A stretch of DNA of 64,000 bases from Microbotryum violaceum (Eukaryota), in the NCBI GenBank assembly GCA_001244265.2, contig CDLV01000007.1, positions 1,302,001 to 1,366,000 of the forward strand, given 5' to 3'. Both the position numbers and the translations under genes were made by a program. Shown piece by piece: positions 23,568-35,198 of the stretch; within the stretch, counting starts at the first letter, position 1, and every line of letters begins with the position of its first letter. Below the pieces are notes generated by a model. It did not search any database. It was not told the origin of the DNA and saw only the letters and a list, made by a program, of their open reading frames with translations.

Positions 23568-25010
23568 CTACTTCTCATACTTGGAACCAGCTTTAGATTT
23601 GGCATTCAACCCAAACGCCCTCTTGATCGACCCCTGTCAAGTCCCCCCGCCCAACAATCGTCAGCTCTTCATCGACGACCGCCAAAAAGCGAGATAGCAT
23701 CACTCACCTGCGTTCGATCCCATTCATACCTCTGCCTAGCAGCGATACTCTGTACCTCCCTCTCGTCCTCACTCTCGTCCGTCCCCGAACCACTCTCACT
23801 ACCCTCATCCCCATCCCCAGCATCCGCTCCCTCCGTTCTCTTCTTCCTCTCCCTCTTCCTCTCCCCCTCTCTCAAACTCTTACTAGACCAACCTTGTCTC
23901 CTCATCTCTTCCCTCCTCTCTTTTCGCTCGAGCGCAATCTTTTGAGCATTCTTGGGTAGTCGATCTACGAGTTCGCCACGGTGGTATAGGGCTATGAGGG
24001 GAAGGTCTTGGAAGGAGGAGGTGACTGAGGTCGAGAGGTCGAGGTCGTAGAAGATTTGAGGGGTCGATTCGGGGGTGACAACACCGAAACTCAAAGTGGA
24101 TGACGCTAGTCTATGAAGAGAAGTACGACGTAGATCTAATTGTCAGCACCTTCGGAACCGGTCCAAAACAACTTCAGTCAGAAGGACTCAACCGATTCGA
24201 CATTCTCGCCAACGTCATCTCCAACTCCCTCGACTTGCGACTCCATTCTACATGGAACAACACCACATACCAAACATCCGACGTCTCCCTCCTCTTTCCG
24301 TAGTCGTCCGCCGTTGAATCTGAGGAGATCTCGGTGATCTTGGCTTCGGATGTGGTTGAGTTTGTGGTTTCGGAGGAGAACTTTGTCATGGGGGGGATGA
24401 TGAGGACGTCTTCGTCGAAGGACTGCGGAAAGAAGGAAATGTATCAGTGGTATTCCAGTATTTGGGTCGATCCACGTCGAACTGACCAGAGTATCGAAAT
24501 GTATCATCTTGGAAGGCCCGAGGTAAGGAGGTTGAGGGAAGACAAAGCTGACGACTGCGAGAACGGAGTCCGATTCAGCTTCAAGGACCGATGACGGACG
24601 GAGGGAGCAAAGACTGACCAAGCCATGCCAACAAATAAGCTCCGACATGTATCCACCCCAACCCTAACCAATTTCTGGTGAATAAGAGGCCAAAGAGGTT
24701 GAAAATCTTCAGGTTCCACGTGACTAGTTCCGTGTTCGTTTCTGAAAGAGCAGTCAACGGCACCGAGTGTGCGGGAGATTAGCCTACGAAGTTGAATGGA
24801 AAGCACAATACTGTTCTTACCTGCTTCTCTACTTCCATCTCTAAGCAAGACCAATGCCACTAGCAGCATGGGGCCCGCGAAGGACAGGCAGCGCACCTGG
24901 AGGCCGGCGTCCGTTGCGAAGATGAGCAGCAGCGGCAGCGGGAGAGAAAGTAGACCGTTTGCAATGTAATGCGGATGAGCAAGTCGTTGGACCAGGTTTT
25001 GTCCCGCCAT
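23568..25010 (-). CDS. Thioredoxin-related transmembrane protein 2 (TMX2)-like
   Basis: LAHPHYIAN N-terminus, TM segments, QPPYLGPSK, WYVVLFHVEWSRKS, SFGVV...DLPLIALYHRGELVDRLP, last exon ends KYEK*. Confidence 0.75.
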
Positions 25011-25274
25011 GGTGCAATGACCACGGCTATTCGCGGATGCAGGCTGAACGCGAGAGCTCAAGCCTGGTCCGAGCGGGCCGTCATGTCGGCGGCCATCCCG
25101 TTCTTTCGGACACCTCAGTCAGGCCTTAGCAATTAGAATGCAACCAAACCGAATAATCCACATGATATCAATTTAATTGCAGCGTGTTTACATCATGCGG
25201 GGGATAAAACGGAAACACTATGGACAGATTTTACATCTCAAGCCCTTTTGTTTTTGGCACTCGAGTTTCTTTGC

Positions 25275-27912
25275 TTAGCACACCGAACTGTGGCCGGAGG
25301 GTTCGACACCCTTTTGGTCCTGTGTCGCAGCCTGCTTCTCGCTGTGGTGAGTAGTGACACCTTTAACCTTGTCCTGCGAAGGGCTTGATTGACCGGCCAA
25401 GAGCTTGACCTCGTCCATCGAGTCCTTGATCAAGTCCTCGGTGATCTCGATGAGGTCAATCACGAGGCGCTCGACGAGATCTTCGGAAAACTGCTCGCGC
25501 ACGACGACACGCAAGATTTCAACGTTCGAGAGATCGGGAGGGAGCTCGTAGTTGGGGATGATCCAGCCCTTGGCCCTCATGAGCGTCTGCACGCTCTTTT
25601 GCTTGGCGTAGGGGAACTCCTTCTTGAACTCGTCTGAGAAGCGGAACGCGACAACGGGCAGCGAGGGCTTGTAGTCCTCGATGTTCTCGCTGAGTCCGAC
25701 AGCCTTGGCCGCCTTGTCGACGATGCCCGCCGACTGGCTTGGCTCGAGCAAGTCACTGATGACGGTGTAGTACTTCGAGTTGTTGAGCGCACGCGCGAGC
25801 AGTCGGGCGTTCTTGGCGTCGTGCAGCGCGATCGCGCGGTAGCCATCGAAGCCAAAGCGAACGAAGTTGTAATACTGGCCAATGATGGGATGCGCGGGAC
25901 GCGAGAAGTTGAGCGAGAACGAGTACTCGACCGAGCCGAGGTACGTGAGCTTAAAGACGAGATCCTCTGGGACTGTGAGACAATCGTGCGGGCTGACTTT
26001 CAGCAAGAATGTCTGATCATGCGGCTGCAGAAAGATCGACGTACGATGAGCAGCATCCCTCCAGATAACCCATCCAACACCGACGTAGGCCTTGCCGAAC
26101 TTGTGGCTAGAGGTGACGAAATCCGCGGGGTAAGTGTTCGGCTCCAGACTTGGATTGAGAAGAGCGCAAGTCACCCGGAAGTGTTGATCGAGCACACGCG
26201 GGGGAGACGGAAGTCCCAAACGTGCTTGGGGTAAGCGAAGGGGGCGACAAATCCTCCGCTGGCAGCGTCCTGATTGGGTTGAGCACAGGGCGTCAGACAT
26301 TGGGACCTTCATGTGGACGAATCGATATTACTCACAACGTGAATGGGAATATGATGGCCAGTCTTTGCCTCGTACTCGTCGAGAAGCTTGGACATCCCTT
26401 CGACGTCCTCGAAAGCGCCACTGGTAGCGTACCAAAACAAGGTCAGCAATTGCTGCGCAGGTGGAGAGCAAAGTATGGCGCCCCACTCACGTGTAGGTTG
26501 ATCCAAGGATGATAAAGATACCGATCGTGTTCTCGTCGACGTATTCCATCGCACGCTCGGGCGACAGGATGTAGTTGGTCTCCTCCGAGACGGGCACGAG
26601 CCTCGCCTCGACCTCAAAGTAGCGAGCGAACTTCTCGAGAGCGACCTGAGCGTTGGCACCCATGACAATGTTGGGTCCTGTAGAAGGGGCACATATTCCG
26701 TCAGTCTTGAAAGTGTAGGTGAAGGGTATCGTGTACCACGCTGCACGGCGTACCAGGGCGATACTCGTCCTTGCCGTCCTTGCGTCGCTTGTCTTGCCAG
26801 CGCCTCTTCATGGCGAGACCGGCGAGTTGAATGGCCTCGGACGATCCGGTCGTGGCCGTTCCGGTCGCGTTCTTGGTCTCGTCGGCGTGCCAGAGCTTGG
26901 CCAACATGGAGATGCAGCGCGTATGGAGCAAGACGGTAGCGGGGTACTCCTAGAAGAGGCGATTTCGGCGGTCAACGGAGTTCAGTTCGAACGAAATTTC
27001 ACAAGTTGTGACTTGCATCGGTGTCGATCAAGTTCTTGGCAATGTTCTCGAAGGTGAGCTTGTCGCCGTACTCATCCATATGGGTGTGGACGAAACTTGC
27101 GAGGTTCAGCAAAGGGCTTCCGTCGAGGCTCAACTCGTCCTGGGATTCAAGAGGTAACACGAGGTCAGCTTCATAAGCGGGACTGAGATCTGACGCGACC
27201 ATAAACGGCTCACGTGGATGAGGTTGTACCTGGGCAAAAGAAGCAAAGAGGGTCAGACCTTTGCGCATCTCGAGAAGCCAGCAGAGTCTTCGGCTGCACT
27301 CACGCAATGACGGGCTCGGTACCTTTGCTCGGGATCGAATGCTTGGGCAACTCGCTCGTTCCATAGTTGGGATGTCTACATCATACCAGAGATAGATCTC
27401 AGCGAACAGGTTTCCTTTGACACCCAAAGACTTGAGTTTCGAGATGAAGACTGACTCGAGCTTGTGGCCTTCCTCACGCTCCAACAGCGAGCGGGCATTG
27501 GTTCGGCCATGGGCTTTGGCCTGAGCAAAGAAGGGTGAGATAGTGTCAGTGATCGATGGTCGCTGAAAATATGATGATTCATCTTGTGAAGTGTGCGAGG
27601 CTGTGGACTCACGTGCTCGTGCGAATGCTGTAACAGCTTCTCGGCGTTGAGTTGGCGAGCGAGGGTCCTGCATCGGCGAGTTGAAAAAGGGTCGTGGGTG
27701 GTCAGATCATTTGCGTGGCCAGGGTAATTGTATACACTTTTGCGGCGAAGTAGAACCCCCACCGCCAATGAGGGAGCTGTGAGGTCCATAGGCCGTAGCT
27801 GCTGCGTGCGACGTGCTGCGGCGGCGATGGGCAACTTGCCGGGGCCTTCCTTTGGCAGCGTCGGAGGGCAAACTCTTTCGAAGAGCTAGATTCGAGCGAG
27901 GCATACTCACAT
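25275..27912 (-). CDS. GAD1: Glutamate decarboxylase (PLP-dependent)
   Basis: [91 protein letters not shown]-terminal SSVC. Confidence 0.95.
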
Positions 27913-28099
27913 GATGTACTCGATTCGGTACAAGGGAGAGGGTGAGGATACGGAGCAGGGAAGAAGAGAAAGAATCGATGAAAGAGCGGTGATTCCATAC
28001 TCGGGGTACGATGTGTCGACGAAAATAGAATGTCAGGTCAGAAACTGCCCCACCCGTGTGTGCCCGAACTTGGGATGACGCTTCGTCGCGATCCCGGGC

Positions 28100-28187
28100 T
28101 TACGTCATGCGCGACGCGTGGCGCACGCAGGCGCGCAAGCCCCCGCCCTCCCGCTGCACAAGCGGCCCCCCTTTATTTTTGACGCGT
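28100..28187. promoter_or_regulatory. CRE-like TTACGTCA and two MCB-like ACGCGT sites in the GAD1 / Rad33-like divergent promoter
   Basis: TTACGTCA 28100-28107; ACGCGT 28114-28119 and 28182-28187; these are short motifs in GC-rich DNA. Confidence 0.3.
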
Positions 28188-28299
28188 GCCCGATTTGACA
28201 TTCGACCACCTCCGCGTCGGAGCGTCGGAGCAGTGCTATACTCGGTTTCAGGTCCAGCACATTCACATTCGCCTATAACTACTGGATCCGCGCATAACT

Positions 28300-29856
28300 A
28301 TGGTGAGTACAACTGCTTCACCACAGGATCTGAACAGGGTGCCCGCTCGAGTCATCCCTCCGCTCACTCCCTCCCACCTCCCACCCCACGCCGTCACACC
28401 TCACCCAGGCGCGACCACGCGTCGCACGTGCCTCAACGTCGGCCAGCAAAGGCAGTGCACTCACTCCGGCTCAATCACGCTCCATTAACCGAGCCTTCGA
28501 CCTTGCCGCCTCGTTTTCGAGCACAAGAACAGCTCAGAGCGGTATCTCATCGAGGACCAAGAAGCGATCCCGGACGACGATCGCGTCTTCTACCGAGGAC
28601 GAAGGCGAGGATGAGTACGATATGGCCATTGATCCGAGTGGAACGTCCAACTCTCGAAACGATGCAATAGCGGAGAATGGATGGCAAGGAGGGGGTGGGG
28701 GGTTTCTGCCGGAAGGAGAAGAGGTAGATCAAGTCAACGGAGAAACGCCGACGACAGGAGGTGGATTCATTGTCGAGGATAACGACCGGGCAGCTTCCAC
28801 CATATCGCCTTACGTTGGTGGTGGCGGTGGCGGCGGCGGGTTCAAGGCGGAGGACAGAGAAATGGTCGATGCGGTTGGGGGCGGATTTCTCCCCGAACCG
28901 GAGGACGTACTTCTACTCGGAGGTGGCTTCGTACCCGAAGACGATGACGAAGGGATCCCAGAACTACCCGATCTACCCGATCTACCCAGCTTATCCAACT
29001 CGAACGACACAACTTTGCCATCATATAAAGATTCGACGAATCTAATTCCACTTCGGTCCATCCCCGTCGCGATCGCTTCGTTGAATCTGCCAGCGTCGGA
29101 AAATGATTTGATGGACCTCTTCAGCGATGTTGCGGTCCCGAATGAGGAAGGAGTTGAATGTGTGGCCAGAGAACGTTTCGTGGAGGTGTGTGAAGCGCTC
29201 ATGGCTGGAATGGACGACGAGGACGAGGATGCACCACCCGCGAGCGACGACGAAGATGATGATGAGGGGGATGCGTATGAAGATCGAGACGAATTAGTCA
29301 AACCGAGTCGAAGAAGATCGAATCGACGGTCGACTCGAGCGAATTATGTACAAGATGACGAGCCGATAGCCCCTCTCCCCGAAGATTGCGCTCTAGAGGA
29401 CGATGATGACGATGACGATGAGGAGTCCGACTTCGAGGATCTCAACGGGTCAGCCTCCAAGGGGAAAGTGACCGCCAGTGCTAAAAAGAGCAAGGGCAAA
29501 GGGAAAGCACGGACGACAAGAGCAGAGAAGCGAGATCCGAATCGGGATCTGTCGAAGCAGGAAGTCGAAGAGGCGCTGGACACGTTTGAGCTTTTCTTTG
29601 AAGGCAGTGTCGACAAGAGGCCGCTCAAGGACCGCGCGATCGCGATGCATGATCTTGAACGAGTGGCGAGGTTGCTGAACGAGGATTTGCCGGAAGATGA
29701 CGTGAGTGTGCCTGCCTGTCGAGATGGTGGATCATATTCCCTAATCCTAGGGGGCGTCCATTTTCACAGATCCGCGAGATGTGGGATTACGCTGCGTCGA
29801 CTCGTGGTGTCGTCGATTTAGAAGCATTTGCACGAGTAATTGCGCAAGCGCTTTAA
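28300..29856 (+). CDS. Centrin/Rad33-like protein with two degenerate EF-hand lobes and N-terminal GGGF repeats
   Basis: ATG|GTGAGT first exon; IPLRSIPVAIASLNL...VARERFVEVCEALM; EEALDTFELF...IAMHDLERVARLLNEDLPEDD|IREMWDYA...VVDLEAFARVI. Confidence 0.65.
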
Positions 29857-30050
29857 TGTTACCTTTCCATCGTGTACCGCACCGCCACCGAATCGATACC
29901 GTCTTGCACAACAAAAAAACTATTTGACATCACATAGAGAAAGCCGTTCCGAGGTCGACCGCCTAGAATAGAATCCGTAGAAGTACTCAGAAGAAACAAG
30001 CGCGTGAGAACCAGATCACTCCCAATTGTTCACCATCAAAGTCAACACAA

Positions 30051-33000
30051 TCAATCTTCATCCATCTCGTCCGAGTCCGAGTCAACCGCTTTCCGTCTCC
30101 GCGACGCTCTCGTCGCCCCCGGTTTGTTCTTCACTTCCGCCTCGACCTCGACCTCGACCTTACTCCCCCTCGTCCTCTTGGCCCGAGCCGAAGTCGGTGC
30201 CGCCGAATCCGCACCCTTCTTTTTCGGTGTCATCGCCTTCTTCCCCTTCCCATCCCTCAGAGGGGACTTATTCTCGACCTTTTCCTCCACCTCTTCTGGC
30301 TGTTCCTCCATCTCCTCATCCTCATCCTCACTCTTCTTCACCCCATTCGTCGACCGCAACCCCTTCCTCTCATAAGCCGGCCTCGCCTTGGGCGGGCTCT
30401 TGACCCTCTTATTCTTCCTCTGCCCATCCACATCCAGCTCCGCCTCCTCATCACTCGATCCGACCTCTTCATCACTCTCCTCTTCCGCAGAGGAATCGAA
30501 TGAATCCCGCTTCGGCTTCTTGGCCTTCTTCCCTCCCGTCGTAGAAAGCGCCTTGAGCTTGGGCGACGCCTTGGGTTTAGGACTCCTCCTCTTCTTCGGT
30601 ACGGTCGCAGCCGGCAACACGCTTCGGATTTTGATCGTCGGCCTCACCGAAGCCAACAGGTCGTCGGTGAGGTAAACGGTATCCATCACCTTCTTCTGCG
30701 TCGCCTTGTCAGGCATCAACTTGAAAATATCCGAAGGCATCGTCACCCCATGAGGGAACGTCGGTAAAGGCCAACCGTACGATTTGGCGACATTTTTGAT
30801 CAGGTGTTGCGCCAGTTCCGAAAGGAGGTAGAGGTTGGTGTTGTAGGCGTCGGAGTGGGCATCACGCATGGTCTTGACTTTGAGCGCAAGGTGGAACAAA
30901 TAAGGAGCGTTCTCCTTCGTCGCGAGGCACTCGAGGTAGAATTCGATGTATCTGCGTGACCAAGATCTTCTTCAGCACAAGTACAATGTCAATGTCAGAC
31001 CACGGGGTCCTTCGGACTCACTTGGCCATCGTAGCGATCTCGCCCTCATCATGTTCCTCGCCTTCGAAATCAGGATGATGCGCCAAGAGATGCAACAACC
31101 TCACAAAAGGATGTTCAAACTGCGCCTGTCGCGCCGCCGGTGGGATCGCGTTCGCCCTCGTTTTGACAAAGTTCTGCACCGAGAGGCGCAACTCGACTTC
31201 GGGGTCATGCGCCGTCAAGAACAAAACCATATTGTACCTCGCTGCAGTGGTCGAGATTCGGTTCGAGCGCAAATACGTCAACAGCTTGTTGATGAAGCCC
31301 GATCGAACCTCGTAGCATTCATCCTGGGCCGTTCTGGCCAGCAACTCGAACGAACGAGCGATCGAGCCAGAATAAGCGGTGCACGTCGCGAGCTTAAGCA
31401 TCGAGTGCGCCGCCGCCAGTCGTAGTCGCGAGGCCGTCGAAGGCGTGTACTTGCTCGTGTCTTCGTCGTAGACTTGCAAAAGCGGCCATAGCATCTTGAA
31501 CACGGGTTGAGCGACTTGTTCAGCCGAGTCCGTATCGGCGTTGGCGAGGCATCGGTTCGTGAAGAGCTTGACGACGAGTAGGCGCGCTTTCGCGAGCGGG
31601 TTGAGCTGATCATCCTCGACCCAGTTGAGGTCGTCGTGAACTTCACCCGGTACGATCTTGCGGTTGAGGATCTCCAAAGCCAAAGAGGTGACGTCCTCGC
31701 TCTTCGTCTCGAACGCACCAACGGCATGGCGCACCACCCGAGCCAAAGCCGACAGGTGAGCGACCAGCGACTTCCCCTCGGCTGCCCCAATCAAGTCGGA
31801 CAAGTCCTGGACGAGATCATCGGCGGCTTGTAACCGCGCCGTATCGAGAGCGACGATCGTCGCTGCATGCTTGGCCTGACGCTCTTTCTCCGATCGTGCG
31901 AAATGAGCCGCTCGTTCGGCGAGCTTCTTGTCGATTGAAACAGAGCGTTCCGTCTTGCTGATTCGACTGAGAGCGTGCAAGGCGATCTCGACGAGCTTGT
32001 CATCCTTGGCCGTCTCGCCAAACAGAGCTTTGGTTAATTCAGCCACGTGGGCCTTGTAAAGTACCGGTCTGTTGGCCGAGATGTACTCGAGCACGAGTGC
32101 GGCGTTGTTCGACGTCGTCTGGCCGTCGGGTCCTGTGCGAGTCCGCAGCCGCTTGAGCAGCGTCGGAATCGACGATCGATTGATCAAGAGATAAGCGCTG
32201 GATTGGATGAACCAGTTGAACGTCTCGACGATACTCGAATTGATCTGTTCAATCCGGCGCGCATACTCTCGTTGACACTTGAGCATCGTCTTGAGGTCCG
32301 ACTGAGGGTCGAGGAGCTGCTTCGTCAACTTGTACAGTTGGCCTTCGTTGGCCTTGGCGAATTTTTGCAGGTCCTCGGCTGTTTTGGGCGGGTCCCCGCT
32401 CAAATTGGCGATGGCTTGGATGATGACCTTGAGGCGACCCCTGATCTCGTCTTCATCCTTGTCAATGACGCCACCGTTGTACCTCTCGCAAGCGGCGATG
32501 AAGGCGTCGTGGGCCGAGGGCCGACGAGTCGCCAGCTTGGTCATACTCAGGATCGTCGCGAGCTGGTCCTGCGTCAGGGCGCCCAAGACGAGCAAGAAGC
32601 GATCGACCCACGCCTGCTCATCCTCTTCCTTCTTGGGTTGAGGTACGATGTAGTGCAATAACGTCGACTCGATCAAAGCGCGCACCGAGTTTTGCAGGGG
32701 CACATCACCGCCGGTCTTGATCAGTTCAAGCAGGCTCCCCGGGATCCACCCAAATTGATCGACCGCGTTCGCATCGCGCGATTCGATCTCGGTGTACGAC
32801 AAATCGTAGAGGCGACCGAGGCAACGGAAGGAGAGCGCTCGGATTGCCGGTCTGCGATCCCGGCAACGTTCGCTGAGGGCTGCGAGCGTTGTTCGGTCGA
32901 CGTGGTGAAGCGCCACTTCGTACTCGATCGTTTCAAACACTGCGACGGCAGCATATCGCACCCTATCGTCGGCGTCGAGCATCACGTTACCGATCATGCC

Positions 33001-34546
33001 TACAAAATGAAGGGACGGATGAGTATACTTGTAACGGGGTGGATACGATGTAGAGACCGTGACGTACCCCCTAGTTCCTGAGCCAATTCAGGGTGTTGTG
33101 TCCAGATCGGCTTGAGATGATCGATCATGGCCAACCTCACCGCCGGTGCCATATCCCTGGACCTCTGCAACCACATCTTCCAGGTCTGCGGATACTTTCG
33201 CGCGACATCACCATGCCCAATCGGTTCTCCCAACATGTGACCCAACGTGTTGGTTGCGAGCCGTCGGTATTCGGGCTTGTCGGCCGTCAGCTCTTCTTCG
33301 AGCAAGGGGACGACGTTGAGCAGCAGTTGAGGGACGGTGCGGTTGATGGACTCGATCAGTTCATGAGCAGCGACAAATCGAGGCGGCAACTCGACCTTGT
33401 CGAGCATCGCGGAGGTGAGCTTGTTCGAGTTTGACGTCGCCGGCTTCTTCTTCTTTTGCAGTTGCTTTCTCCGCTTCTTCCTCTTGACCGCCAAATCATC
33501 ACTGTCATCATCGTCGTCGTCGTCCGAATCATCTTCTTCATCGCTATCATGCTGACTCGAATCGTCACCGTTCGCACCGGAGATGGTCGAAGTGATAACC
33601 TCGGCAAAGTATTGGCAGACGTAGCGCTGCAACTTGTCGGCCGCTCCGGTGCAAACGTCGACGGCCAACCGATGCGCCGCCGAACGGGCCTTGACGTTTT
33701 TGGGCAGGAATTGCGAGACAATAATGTCGATGACGTCCGAGTGCAGCGTCTGCGCCTCTTCGAGCAATTGCATGAGGATGTCGGCGACGCAGATTTCGAC
33801 ATTTTTCGGCGAGTTGGAGCTAGACGGAAAAGGGGAAGGGAGTACAGACCAGATTAGTATGGAACATGTTGAAGATCGAGTCACAAAAAAAAAAAAAATT
33901 GAAACCTACGTGATGGTGTTGAAGCACTGCTTGAAGATCTCGGCCATGAGCTCGTCGCCCGAGTCGAGATCGCAAATGAGCACGATCGACTTGACGTTCG
34001 ACAGCGAGTCGACGAGGTAAAAATACTGCGACTGATGCGCGTCCGAGGGGTCTCCGACGTGCTTGATTTGTTGAAACAAGAACTGGAACAGATCCTGGGG
34101 GAGACGGGAAGGACAGGTGGTCAGTACGGTGTCTAGCTTTGAAGACTCTGCGGCCCAAAGTGGAACCACGTCGCCGGGGTGTGGTGCATCGTGGGGAGGC
34201 GGCTACGCCGTGCGCCGGAATCTAGTATACCCCAACAAAACAGTATGCGCTTCCTCACCTTGAGCTCATCCTGGGTATAGGGTGCCTCGGGAGCGTACAG
34301 ACGCAGGATGTCGGCCAAGCAGCACGCGAGGTACGCCTTGGAGCCCCGGTCCTTGTGCAGGAGCAAGCTCGACGAGATGAGTTCTTTGGCGACCTTGTCG
34401 AGCGAGGACGTGACGATGAGGTCCTGGTCGATCTCGGCGAGTTCGTTGTGGAGCGTACGCAGTCGTTTCTGCAGCTCGGCGGTCGAACATCCCTTGAGCG
34501 ACTGGTTGAACTTGAGCCGCACTTGGGAAGGCGTGCCGCGGGCCAT
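30051..34546 (-). CDS. PDS5: Sister chromatid cohesion protein Pds5
   Basis: LLLHKDRGSKAYLACCLADILRLYAPEAPYT, QYFYLVDSLSNVKSIVL, LQRYVCQYF, FGWIPG, RLRLAAA, RLLHLLAHHPDF, LYLLSELAQ. Confidence 0.95.
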
Positions 34547-35092
34547 GGCGTGTTGCAGTCGAGTGGAGCGACTTGGCTCTGGTGCTGCGGACAGCCTTCG
34601 TTGAGAGAGTGTGGGTGGTCTGTGGAGCGGTGGAGCGGTGGAGCTGGTACGCTACAGCGGCGTGTACGTTGTAGGTCGCGTCGAGAGACGGGTAGAGACC
34701 GGTCAGGCCGGTCAGGCGCGTCGCCCGTCTCGGGTGTCGACGCGTCGCTCGCAGTCGGACGTCGGACGCCTTCAGAGCTCGATTGTGACATTTGTAGTTC
34801 TTGTAATTCCGCGCCAGGACTATCTGCCGTGATCAGGAATTAGGTGCTCCTTAAGTTACCGAGAGGACAGTGTTTTTTTGCTGTAGCGTCAAAGAGCAGG
34901 TCAGGCACCGACTTGAGGTGCTTGAACACTGTTTTTGACACACTCTGGATTACTTGCTTGCTGTCCTCCGTCGCGAAACAGTTTTCCATTACTGCTCCGA
35001 GTCGTTTCCGCAAACTTGCCACGAGTCCGCGATCTGCCATCGGCTCGGCTCGTCCTGCCTGTCTTACCGTCTTTCTCCTCCTTCAGCCGGCC

Positions 35093-35135
35093 TCCCTCGC
35101 CCTCGCCCTCGCCCTCGCCCTCGCTCTCGCTCTCG
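35093..35135 (+). repeat. (CTCGCY)n hexamer microsatellite upstream of NAT1
   Basis: ctcgccctcgccctcgccctcgccctcgctctcgctctcgc. Confidence 0.8.
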
Positions 35136-35198
35136 CACCCGAACCCGCACTCGCATCCCGCATCCGCGGTCCGTTCTCCTGCTTCCACCCAAAGCAAG

